NCBI GenBank assembly: GCA_030141605.1
Contig: JAQGDQ010000058.1
Location: forward strand, 529,852 to 593,851
DNA length: 64,000 bases
From: Tubiluchus corallicola
Taxonomy: Eukaryota > Animalia > Priapulida
Reading direction: 5' to 3'
Each line of letters opens with the position of its first letter. Positions within the stretch are counted from its first letter, which is position 1. The translations under genes and the position numbers were made by a program. Under the pieces are notes generated by a model. That model saw only the letters and a list, made by a program, of their open reading frames with translations. It was not told where the DNA came from and ran no database searches. This document shows positions 24,444-55,819 of this stretch, piece after piece.

Positions 24444-25389
24444 GTAGTTACTTTAACGAGCTTTTGGATAGGTGGGCAGCTATGTTGCTGAGGGATTTAG
24501 TTCCCTGCCAACATCCTAACATGAATTACGTTGGTATTGTTACAAAATCTCTTAATTTGTGTATTATATGTACTATGTGTAACTATGCCGAAAATAAAAT
24601 AAAACAAACATTTGCCTAACAAGCAGAATATACAGAAACCAAAAAAAATACTGAACATTATTGTTTAACTTTAGGGAAAAAACATAAAAATAAAATTCTG
24701 ATCTTGTTTTTCTTTGTGTAACTTGATTAGACTTTTCTCGTTGCTCGCTCGGCTGCTAATTTCATAACAATGCAGTATCTAAGATCTAATAAACAGTGGA
24801 CACTGGGTAAACACTCATAAATATCTAGGGATGTACTTGCAATCGAATTTAAAATTATAAACACAACAATTATAAACGCGTTTTGTACTTGAACATCTTT
24901 ACAAAGCAATGATTAGGCCTATCTTTGAAATTATCGATTGTGTGCATATAATCTTTCTTTGACTTTGCCTCATTGATAACGGACAGTAACGTGCTGCCTA
25001 TATTTGCAGTAAGGCAATGAAAGGATTCAATATATATAATCTCGTGCTAGATAGTAATTTTGCTTTTTAGCTAACAGACGAAAACTTCATAGATACATTG
25101 TTTTTAAAATTGTAAATAGAATATCACATTTATTTTTGTATGAAATATTAGCTGCTCAAAATAGATGTATTTCTGACTATTCATTAAGAAATTAAAATCT
25201 TTTTTTCTTTGTATCAAGTGTAATGTGATTACTTTAGAAATACCGTTTTTCCTTCAGCCGTTTCTAAGCTGAATAATTTACCGTTTCATATTAAATGTAT
25301 TATATCGTTGAGCATATTCGTATTTAAATTAAAACTAACACATTGGTTTTTCTAATCGATCGAAATATTTTACATATGGAAATACTCCA

Positions 25390-25660
25390 AACACAGTTGA
25401 TCACCCTAGATTAAGATCTGTTTTTCACAACTTAATGATCATCTACATAACCGTGGTTGCAAAGGCATCAAAGAAAATATTGTTAGTAAAAACTGCTCAA
25501 AGCATAATCTGCTCGATTGCCCTTTGCTTGCTGCAAGCAGACGCCAACTCAATCAAAAACTGAAAAACTCTTATCACTTATTTATGTCTAAAATATCAAT
25601 CCTCCTATCTGGTATGCCACAACTAAGCCACGATTAAAATGTGTTTATAATACAATTAAT
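25390..25660 (+). mobile_element. LINE ORF2 C-terminal relic
   Basis: Frameshifted RLRS..SQLNDHLHNRGC and HNLLDCPLLAASRRQL, typical of the RT C-terminal zinc-binding region. Confidence 0.5.
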
Positions 25661-26879
25661 ATAGAGATATATTAAGAAGGCCAAAAAATTCCTCCCTAGA
25701 AATTAGTCAATTTTCAGTACTGCAGCAATTTTAAACTAGTTAAAGATCTGCTAGCTTAAGGAGTATAATGTGTTTTACCAAGATAAAATTTCTGTGATGC
25801 TTTAATATTGCAAGTTTAATATTTCGTAGCTTAGCTTAATTTTATTATCATTTTTGGTATTAGTAGCAATATTGTCGTTATTTTGTACGGTGTTGTTCCT
25901 GTTATTGCGGTGTTTTTGTCTGATCTCGCTAACCGAAAACGATTAGTAAAATTCACTGTATAAAATAAGTGAAAGTTTGTAATTTTGTATTATCAACATT
26001 TTGTACATTTTATTAGAAAAAGACGATTTACGTCAGTTTCCCTTTAATAAACTTCTTTAGTTTGTGCAGAGCTTGGCATCTTGACAGTGGAAGTGATTGT
26101 TATAAGTGTGATCGTAGGAAATTTTGAGAATGAGCTGCTTGGTTTTTGCTTCTTTTGAAACGTTAAGAATTTAGAAGCACAAAATTTAGAAGCTGTAAAA
26201 TATTAATTTTTGGATCTTAGCAACCAACTCTTAAGGGAAAATGCCGTCCTTTTGTGCGGTCAGTCTGCTACTGGATGAGTGGATTTTTGCGATTGCTCGC
26301 ATGAGGAGAAAGGTAACATAACGATATCTAAAAACATGTTCATGTAACTCTATATAAACATATTATTCGTATTATTCGATCGGCAACGTATTAACTATGT
26401 GGGATATCTATTACTTCTTGAATCTTTGCTAATGTGATAACTGAGAATGGTCCCTGTGTGTTTGCTTAATAAATTATCATATTTTATGGATTAAGATTTA
26501 CATTTGAATTTTATTTTAATTCAGTACACATAGTAACATATTTGCAGAACACATAAAAATTGTTGAAAAACAGATAAAATTACTAACTAAAAATCTAAAA
26601 TACATATTTAAAATATCTTACCTAAAAATTGCAACTTAAAATCATCACATAAAATCTTTCGAGAGTTTTTAAAAAAGCAGTGACTCAAATAACGCATCAG
26701 AGTTTATACAACCACTGTAATTATGGCGTCATTTTTACTTGCAAGTATAAGATTTCTTAAGCTATAGCAGCTCTTCCCTATTAATACTTTAAAGTGTGGA
26801 AATTTATTACCGTATACGCACTTATATAAGACACTTTCGCGCCTTATTCGTAATGTTTAAAGAAATTACTAAGAGCAAC

Positions 26880-27300
26880 ATATCCTTATCTGAGCTTCGC
26901 AATGTTATATCTCCTATATCCATAAGCTGCTACAATAAATTCCACTGCACTACGATTTGAACAGGATACTTTTACTTTCTTTGAACAATAATAAAATCTA
27001 TTACATAGTGTGTTATCTCTTGCATAGAATAATGTTAGTTGGTTAACAGCGTCTACGTCATCACTATAATCATCAGTGCCCCAGATATTTTCCACTTTTA
27101 CTGACATCAATTGGTTTGCCATTAAGGAACACTTTTCTCTAGTGAGTTGTATAATGTTTGCGTATAAGTTTACAAGTCTATCAATCCAACAGTATTCATT
27201 ATTCAGAGTAAACAGATTACAGTAAACTCCCCATAACTCAAATCCAACCAGACCGAAAAAAACTTTGAGTTAAGCTATATTGACCATTTTCCAGCATAGA
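26880..27300 (-). mobile_element. LINE RT C-terminal relic
   Basis: FLNGKPIDVSKSGKYLG followed after a frameshift by DDVDAVNQLTLFYARDNTLCNRFYYCSKKVKVS. Confidence 0.6.
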
Positions 27301-27349
27301 AACTCTAATATGTCATATGTTGTTATGTGAGCTTCCAAGTGCTGCTGCA

Positions 27350-27727
<378 letters not shown>

Positions 27728-27894
27728 ACACTTGACCAAATACTACATTACTATCAACCACAATGTGTTTCAGTCATATTTATACGGTATTTTTAATATA
27801 ATACTATAACAATAACAGCAACAATATGTGACAACGAAAATAACAACCACTACAGCACCAAAACACTACAGCAATGGCAGCAAAAACAAAGATG

Positions 27895-28040
27895 ACAACA
27901 ACGGAAACAACACTAACAGCAACAGCAGTAACAACAACAACACTAACAACAACAACAACACCAAAAACAACAACAACAACACTAACAACAACAACAACAA
28001 CAACAACATAAAAAACAACAACATCATCAACAACAACAAT
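27895..28040. repeat. (AAC)n microsatellite
   Basis: Directly visible. Confidence 0.9.
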
Positions 28041-28785
28041 AATTAAATTTAGCTATTTCACCAACTTATTAAGTGCAAAATTTATTTCAAATATTTAAAA
28101 ATGTGGAAATTGATGACTAGGCTATATTGTGAATTCAGTCTTGTTTGTATGATCCTTGTGCGTAACACTGCAGGTAGGCTTAGGTCTTAAACAAACAATG
28201 AAAACAGTTTTATATGCTACATAAATCAAATGTCAAACAGAATAATATAAAAAAACGAATAATGAACCGGGATTTACGTGCCTAAACATGTTCCACACAA
28301 ACTACTTATTCCACTGGTGAAATAATTTAGCAAGTGCAGTATTCTCCTCTGTTTATCTGCCCCTCTCAGCATACTTACTGAGTTATGTGCTTTTTAGGCT
28401 TGTACCCGAGTTTATTGATTGCTCAGCGCTGCTCTGCGCATATTATTTATGCCGACCTTTGATCAAGTTGCCATTTCTGAATTATCGTTGGTACTTTTAC
28501 AACAAGTGTGGTACAATTTATATTTTCGTGTTTTTTTGTGCAAGTACATTATTATACATCTTCTTGAGCAATATTTTAGTAAAGTTTTATTTTCATTAAA
28601 ATGTTTAAAAATCGGTCGCTATTTTTGAAACGATGGAAGCTACGATAGAATGCAATAAGACAGCGCGGAAGAGAAAAAGAAAGAGGGCTAGAGAAGGAAG
28701 GAGTGGGAGAAGATAAGAGAGAAAAGAGCGAAGATATAAAGACAGAAAAGGGGAAAGGGTGAAAGAAGAAATGAAGAAAGAGAGA

Positions 28786-28814
28786 GTGGGCGTGGGCGTG
28801 GGCGTGGGCGTGGG
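28786..28814 (+). promoter_or_regulatory. (GGGCGT)n tract: G-quadruplex-capable, with overlapping EGR-type GCGTGGGCG sites
   Basis: Five GGG runs spaced by CGT, ~180 bp upstream of the LRR-B ATG in AT-rich context. Function is inferred only. Confidence 0.35.
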
Positions 28815-28992
28815 AAAGAAAGATAGATACACAGCAGGAAGCATGCATCCTGCAACGCTCTCTTCCTTAATTATAGATTATTAATCATTTTATTTTAGTT
28901 TAACAAAGTTACCAAGTTCTCAAGCCTGGCATAAAGAAGAGCAGACCTGTGAAAGCAGCATATAAAAGGAACGATAAAAGGAATGAACAATC

Positions 28993-31900
28993 ATGAAAGC
29001 GATTCTGTCATCTTATGTGACTGGATTTCTGGTTTTTGTGCAAGTAGTCGCAACAGCAGAAACGAGTGGAAAATGTTGTGAATCATGTTTGTGTCACACG
29101 CATGCCATGCACTGCGATGACTCAGTACTGTCATATGCACCCGAAATTTCAAAAGAACTACTATTGCAGTTTCCCAATAATTTCACATTGCTGCCATCAA
29201 ATCACACGATTAAGAGTGTTCACATATATGGTCGTAAAACTACAAATATCACAAGTGAAACGTTCGATGGTCTAGAAAACATAAATTCTCTGTATTTACT
29301 TGATAATGAAATAGGGAGCATAGGAACTGGTGCTTTCTCCAACCTGCGACATCTTGAAAAGCTTTTCATTGATGAAAACAATGTCCCTTCTGTTATAGCA
29401 CCCGACGCATTCCGTAATCTTGGTAATTTAACTGAGCTTGTTCTCATAGACTGCACCATTAATTCAGTTTCAAACACTTTCTTTGAGGGAATGGTTAGTC
29501 TTCGAAAACTTGTTCTTGTAAATGATTCCATTGAATTCGTAGAGCAAGGTGCTTTCCGGCATATCTCTGGATTAAAGACCCTTTTCTTATCATCTAACAA
29601 GTTAGTACAACTAGATGACGTATTCAAAAACCTTTCTTCACTTGAATTGCTAAACCTCGATAGCAATCGCCTTGTGAAATTGTCTGAAGGCATATTTAGT
29701 GGTTTAGTTAACTTGAAAACGCTGATCCTTAGCAATAATCCTTTAGAAGAACTGCAAAAAGATGTCTTCAAAACTTTTGCAAGTCTTATTAATTTGGACC
29801 TGCAAGGAGCGAAACTTCGAGCACTCAATAAAGATCTGTTTAAATTTACACAGCATTTAGAAAGCTTAACGATCGGTAATAGTTCTTTTAAAACGACTGC
29901 TGATTTCATGGATGCCATTAGTACTTTGAAGAATCTTCTTCATTTGGAAGTGACTTATTGTCCTTACATCACGACACTTGAAGCTTGGACTTTTCAGAAT
30001 CTGACTAGTTTGTTATCGCTGACCATTAATCATATGCCTGCATTAAAACATATTGATGCTGATACTTTCTACAATATGCCAAGCTTACATAGCATCTCGA
30101 TAGAAGGAAATAAAAACTTGAAAACTATTGACGAAAATGCTTTCAGGTCTATTAATATCGGCGAAAGTGGTAATGCGTCAGTAGATGAATTGTATCTTTC
30201 CCGCAATGGACTCACTAGCCTTCCAGTAAGTTTATATTGCTAATACTGTGTTAACTTTAGGAACTAGTTAATGCTGCCATATAGCCATATTTATAACAAA
30301 GAGATAGTTTAATCACAACAGAAGTTTAGCAATAATAGATATTCTTTTATCAGATTTATGTGAAAATATATCAATAATAAACCAAATGTTGAAAACAGTT
30401 GCTTCAAAAATATTGCGTGATTATTAAAATCTGACGTGAATTTGTTATTAAACTACATCTCTTTGCTGTATAACGTATACACCTTCAGCATCATCACCAC
30501 CACCGCCACCACCATCACCATCATTATCATGATCATGGTCATCGTCATTGTCGTCGTCGTCATCATCATCTTCTTCTTCTTCTTCATCATCATCATCATC
30601 ATAGTTTTTTAATTAAAATAAATAAAAATTTTAATACTAGAAAGAGCTCATTGATTGGGAGAAGCTGCAGATTTTAGATATTCAGCGAAACTCGTGGAAC
30701 TGTAATTGTAAGCTTCAATGGATGTTGAGTCTTCGCTCAGTAATCCCTTTCGGTTACACTGATTTGATCAGGTATGTCATCATAATTTTATTCTTCGCTG
30801 AAATGAGTAAGTCATTGGCGCTAGTTTTTCTATCTATCAATTTAGTAGTGAGTGGTTATCCAGTTGTTTAGTTTAATAGCTAAAAAAAGATTTCAGTTAA
30901 GATTTATCTAACTTACCATCTTAACAACTGTCAATCATTTAATTCCAATTAAAGCAAAAAACCGACTATCCAACGCACCATCATCTACTCAACGAAAATA
31001 CAACCAGAGTAAAATTAATAACATAATCGATTTATTTGGAGTTGAGTAGAGTAGCTGGTCGGTTAATTGTTTAACTGAATTTAAAAAGAATTGTTTGATT
31101 GACAGTTGCGGAAGCCTTTAATTGAAATGGGCAGAACAGTTCAACAGCTTTTTTTCTTATTGCAGTTTTAATTGGGTGTATCTAACAGTCTGAGTACTAG
31201 ATTGTGAGTGGCATTTTTATGAATGAATGTTACTGGAAGTTTTACTAGCATTTGAAAGTGGAAATAGTTGCTGATACAAAATCCCTGATGCCTGTTAAAT
31301 GTGAGGTCGCACACGTATAACGTCTTAGCTTGCTATAGATGTCTTCACCATAGTTTAATAACTGCTAGTGGTATAGCGACTGCGCCCTTAGATAAAATTT
31401 CTTTTTTGCTTGTTTCGCAGATGGCTGCATAATTTTAATAATTTGGCAATTTATTGGATATTTCAGCACTATGGCTGAATACGCGAACGAATACGTCAAC
31501 CAACTAGGCCTAGTTGGTTAACCAACCGACTAACTGACTAATTGTAGGAATATATGGTCAATCGCCCAATCAACCAGCCCAAATGACGAATTAAATAACT
31601 TACTAATTGTACTCATTGTTGGTAGATTGACAAAAATATTTGTAATTGTTGCTCTTTTGGAAAGTTTATTTTTATAAGAACTTAAGTAAAAAATGAGATT
31701 TTCTCTTGTTCATTCTAGATGTCACCAGCCTGATCATCTTGCTGGTAAAAAGTTGTTGTATTTAGATGAAAGTGATTTCCACTGTGGTCGCCTTACTAAA
31801 CAAGCTAATCCTCTAAGCCAGCTGACTGAACAAGCTACTCTTACAGCAGGGACAGTTGTCGCCATTGCCTCTGTTGCTATTGGCATTTTACTCACTATAT

Positions 31901-32067
31901 TCCTGGCCGTAATTCTGGTAAAGAACCAAGTCATTCAAAAGAGAAGCGCTGCTCGTGCTAAGAAACAAACTAAATACGTATCCATGGTCACGGGTGATCC
32001 GATAGAGGATGATATCTTTTCCCTAGGAACAGAAATGGAGGTCTCAAGAGAAGAGTTAATAGTCTAA
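28993..32067 (+). CDS. LRR single-pass membrane protein, copy B (tandem paralogue; ~570 aa)
   Basis: Exons 28993-30225 (CCA|GTAAGT), 30641-30771 (KELIDWEKLQILDIQRNSWNCNCKLQW; AG|GTATGT) and 31719-32067 (RCHQPDHLAGK, TM, KQTKYVSM). Same intron positions and phases as copy A. Confidence 0.9.
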
Positions 32068-32448
32068 TGAAAATTAGCGCAAAAAGTGAATCTGTTGGCA
32101 CAAAACGCTTTTGCATAAGGAGGCTTGGTAGAAGTCAACAGGGATGTTCCATCATGCAGCACTGCGAAAAATAAATCTTTCTTTATTGTAAGTGTCTTCA
32201 CAGTTCTTTTAACGTTAATAGATGCAATGCAATTTGAATTTCTTTATAATGCTTGAAACTTTTACTATTACTGTATATATTAGGCATTGTAAAAATTATT
32301 ATACTGTATATTTTATGAAAGAATTTTCTAACTCATGAAGCGCGTATATTCACACAGTTATAATAGAAATGTCATAGGCTATAGGCTATTCAGCTTAAAA
32401 CTATTAAATAAATTTTTATTAATAAATGCGCCGCATTTTAATCTATGT

Positions 32449-33396
32449 CAGGGGTGTGCAAACTGCGGGTTTGCAATAGGTTTGTCAACCTAATGTAAGT
32501 GCGGCCCGGGCAATGAACTGAGCCGCAAGTGCTAGGAAGATATTTCCAGCTGAAGTCTGCGCCACGATTGCAAAGATATTGAGGGATGCTTTTCACTAGA
32601 TCGGGTAGCATTAACCCTTACAAGACGGTTGTCACTTAATGCCACTGTCGGACATGACGAAATTCACGTTGCTCACTTGGATGTAATCACAGAACACAGC
32701 AAACTATCACGGAAGCCGCCATTGAAACGCTCAAATGCGCAAGAAATGCGAGACGCAATCTGATTGGCTGATAGGAAGGCCAACCAACCAATCACTAGGC
32801 TTCTATTATCGGGCCGGTTGATCGGCCCAGGCGTCTTTTTGGTCATAGCAGGTTAATCATTTTAACCTGGTTATTTTACAAAATAAATTATAAATAAATG
32901 AATTATAAATGAAATTATAAAATAACCAAGTCAAAATGATCTACTGACTATGACCAAGAAGACAACTGGGCAGATCAATTTGTAAGTAGCCAGCAAGCTG
33001 AAAAAGTGTGATCACCCCTGATATAGGAGGGGGGTCCCAGATTTTAGTTTCTGCTTAGCCTCAGCAGTACACGCCTTCAACACCGAGTGTTTCAAGATTA
33101 ATATGCACTGTACTACACAGAATGTGTGATACACTGTATTAATATGCATTGTAATAAAATTACCACCATCTGACATGAAAGTTGAAATCTATTGTTTTAA
33201 ATGTAAATTTTAATAACTTCTAGAATGGTTTTCTTGAGTGTAGTAATGATGTGCGAAGATCATTACATGTGCGAATGCAAAAAAATCGTTATTAGGTCGT
33301 ACTGTTGATGCTTCCTTGACCAAACTGCACGCAGCCCGCAGAAATTGCAGGAAATTTTAATGTGGCCCGGATAGTCAGATAATTTGCACACCCCTG
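32449..33396. mobile_element. Non-autonomous hAT DNA transposon (948 bp)
   Basis: TIRs CAGGGGTGTGCAAA / TTTGCACACCCCTG; perfect 8-bp TSD ATCTATGT at 32441-32448 and 33397-33404; subterminal GCGGCCCG-type motifs. Confidence 0.9.
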
Positions 33397-33789
33397 ATCT
33401 ATGTAGACAATACGCCTGTGTACAGTAATAGACAAGCTCTGTGTAATGTACTTATTTACAATCATCTACATTATATACAAACAGAAAACGTTTATTTACA
33501 GTCATACAGCAATGCTGTATACTCGTAAAATCGTTGTCACATGTTATTTGAGCTGCTAAATTATGGATATTTGCTGTTTTCCTTTTCGTGTAGGCGAACC
33601 ACGTATTTAATGCTAAAACATTGTAAACTATACATGTTTTACACATTAGCCTAATACATAAAAAATCTATTGCGTCATTCGATGCCTCTATTACCCTTTT
33701 GTTTGCGTAGTTTCTACAGTCACAAATTTCATAATGTCATACTGCCTTTTACAATAAGTACTTCCTTCTCTTTATTGCTTTCCAAGAGC

Positions 33790-52337
<18,548 letters not shown>

Positions 52338-52417
52338 CTGTAATCAAATAAAAACTACAAAGCAAATGAATATTTATTGTGAGAAAAGCCCAACTTTAAT
52401 ATTTGATTCTTCTCATC

Positions 52418-52460
52418 CATGGAGTTGACATGGAGTTGACATGGAGTTGACATGGAGTTA
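52418..52460. repeat. 11-bp tandem repeat CATGGAGTTGA, about 4 copies
   Basis: Directly visible. Confidence 0.9.
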
Positions 52461-54659
52461 AGTTGTGTAAGATGAAAGAAACCCCCGAATAGTGAAAACA
52501 TCATAGTAGATATTCTGCTAATGTGTGTTTAATTTATTAACGCAAAATTTTCATTATTCGAACATTTTTTCATCTTATTCTTTTTTGCCAATTTCCACGA
52601 AACTAATGAGTGCAAATCTCGGGATGTAGAATGACCAGATGGACAACGCAGACAATGTTATGTACTTTCACACAATGCGTATGCAGATCAACGTGCATGA
52701 ACAATCAAAACAAATATCAACTAATATTAATGAGACAATATTAATAAAACAACGCAAGCAAATACAAGTGCAAAATAAACTTTCAAAAAGGAGATTTTTG
52801 TAGACTATACGCATACTTCATTAATGAAGAGTCACATACATTGAAAAAATTTAGTATTACACTATACTTCAAAAATCTCACAAACTATTTCCAACACTCC
52901 CAACAATGCTACGAATAAAATGATATATTATTCAAAGGTCTCTATGTCATTATTTTTTGTAATGAATAAAAATAAATTTTCATCACACATGGTGGCACAG
53001 ATTGCTAATTTTGCATATAATTTTAATATTTGTTCGTTGTGTTTAGAGGAGATTAGTAAATAAGTTTTTCGTTTTTTATTTCTCCCGAGCTTCACTGATT
53101 ATATACAGAGTCTTCATTGGTATTTTATTTGGCTTGTGGTTACAAAATTATAACTCCGTGATCGCGAAACAGAAAACGACAAATACGAATCACTATTATG
53201 ACCTGTTTAGTGACGTATGTATTCCTCTATACGCTTACGTATTTATCAATATTCTGAAAAGCTCAATTGACTGGATTTCTATTTTTAAACCTGGCTCTTT
53301 CGATCATCTGCTCATGTTCTAACTGCTCATGTTCTAATGTTTTAGTTAATTTTACTTCCTGCAAGTGAATAAGAAAAATGCAAACCAATGCCGGCAAGAT
53401 TGTCAAATTTCAATACTCGAAGTTGCGCCAACTGCTGCAGAATTATGCAAAATAAGTGTAAAAATTACACATGTGATACGTACCTATTCGAATAGTAGTG
53501 TGACAAAAAGCCATTAAAAAACCCTCGCAATTAATGCAAAAATGTCTTGGTTACGGTCACTGTTTTCAAAATTACTGACGGAGTAAAAAAACACAGCGAT
53601 TATGTATATTTATTACAAATTTATCACATAATAATCAGTTTAACAAATTTTCGCTCATTATACTTTGTTGATATTGGTAAAATGTGAAACTGAGGTCGTG
53701 TAGATGTGTTTTCTATTTCGGCGATACTGATTTCTCAACTGGACAAGACGTGATACGTTTTAGCGCGTGCGCAGTTTAGTACAGAGCAGTTGGCGTTTAT
53801 TTAGCCCGACCTATGTGACAGCTGACGCAGTGCACAGAGAAAGAATTTAATTTTTGTGCCTTGAATAAAATTGGGCATCATAAAAATGCCTGATAACAAA
53901 ATTGTATTGTACACACGCGAATACAGACTTGACGTGTTTACAACAATTTTGCTCCAAAGGAGTAGATTGGCATCCACAGTTAAGACTATTTCTGAAGCTG
54001 GCAAATGTATGAATTATCAAAGGTTAAAAGGTACGCAGCATCGAGTTGGCCTCACAATCGGTCACCATGTGAACATTTCCTGAAACTGTGTTAGACTTCA
54101 ATGATATGGTAATTCTGAGTTTCAACCAAAGCAGCACTGAAAGCAAAATATGATTGGGTGTCAAAATGTAGTTTAGACGTTATTGATAACCATATCATAA
54201 TTAAAATTGAAAAAACTTTGTACCCGCGAACTATATTAGTTTTGTGTCTCTAACTTATTTTTCTTGCTGAATTTACACGAATTATACAAGACTACGCATC
54301 AAGGATCGCAAAAAGTAAACTTAACATATATAGATTAATCAATTTATTTAAAAATAAACTTTAACAGCAAGAAACAGACATGCAAAACAAAATACAACTT
54401 ATAAAATTTATTCTGCCTAAAAGAAATCGTATGTCGCTAATTCTTTACAGCTATCAGTGATTGACGATTGATCAAGATGTGCAAATTAAGAAGATGTTGT
54501 GCTGTTTACATAATTTGTGTTTTATATGATTCACATTTTACATAAGAGTATGAAACATTGAAATTACGTTTATATGAGGGATTGAAATGTGACAAGTTAG
54601 CACGCAATACTGTGTCCAATTAGGTTGTATGAACATAGTGCGTCGAGTACTCCCGCGAC

Positions 54660-55430
54660 TCAAATCTGTGATCTAAAAGTAAGAGTCTAGCCACATTAAC
54701 AAGCTTAAGAACGTCCACAAAAATACCAATATTAGAAGCCTATCGAGATTACAAAACACTGATATTTCTTTATAAATATATCAACAAACTGAGCATTCCA
54801 TTTATAAACAATCCCTTAGCATTCATTCCTGATACCACTTTAAACAATAGAACACACAATTTAAAGCAAATTACAGTAAACAACAAATTTGGAAATAACT
54901 CTATATCAAAACAGGCCATACATTTATGGAACTTACTACCCAGTGAAATAAAACTAATAGAATCTCTCCACCACTTTAAAAAGAAATTAAAAGAATATCT
55001 ATATAACAGGTTTCAACTTCCACATTGTGCATCTGATACTAATTACACAGACTCAATTTTCATCTACCCCCGCCCCTAACTCCATAAAACGATTAAAAAT
55101 GTAAAATTTAAAAAAAATATGTAATGTAAAACATGTTTCTGTTGTGTCATGTTAAATGTATATATAGTGTAAAATATGTCTTGTAAAATTTAATGTTTTT
55201 TTTTATAATATTGTTTTGTAAAAATATTTTAATATTGTGTTTGTAAATATGTTCATTTATTGTATATAATTAGGCCTTAGTTTTACACTTTAGTTTTTTT
55301 CTAGTCTGCACTGGACGCATTTGTCTTGAACAGTGTTGTTTTTAACATTACGCTGAGGATTACTGAGGATATTATAATGAGTGAACCATTTTTAATGACA
55401 AATAAAGAATTTATATATATATATATATGT
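54660..55430 (+). mobile_element. CR1/L2-type LINE 3' end with (TA)n tail
   Basis: NNRTHNLKQITVNNKFGNNSISKQAIHLWNLLPSEIKLIESLHHFKKKLKEYL; the 3' UTR (TGCACTGGACGCATTTG...AAATAAAG, then (TA)n) matches the 19575-20190 copy. Confidence 0.75.
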
Positions 55431-55819
55431 TTCCTGTTAACACGTGCACGGTAATTAAAGATAATAATTAACCTTTATGGCTAAATTTAAAAAAAAATTA
55501 CGTTTATCTTAGGTTAGGAGTTACTTGGCGATTTTACAATGACAATAGTTCTTTTAGTATCACTCTTGTTACTCAGAAAAACATTTCAGATAAAGCAGTA
55601 CTAACATATTTGAGCTTACAAGTTCTCAAGTGCGTTTTAGTTAGGACTTACACAGTTCATGGCTTGTGAAAGATGAATGAAATGATTGGAATTTCAGTGA
55701 TTATCTATGTCTATCACATCCATTCTCTTACAATTTTGTCTTTTGGAAAACGTATAAATGATCACTTTTTGTCAGAAGCATTCATTACATGAGTTGCACA
55801 ATGTAGTCTAGTTTCAGAA

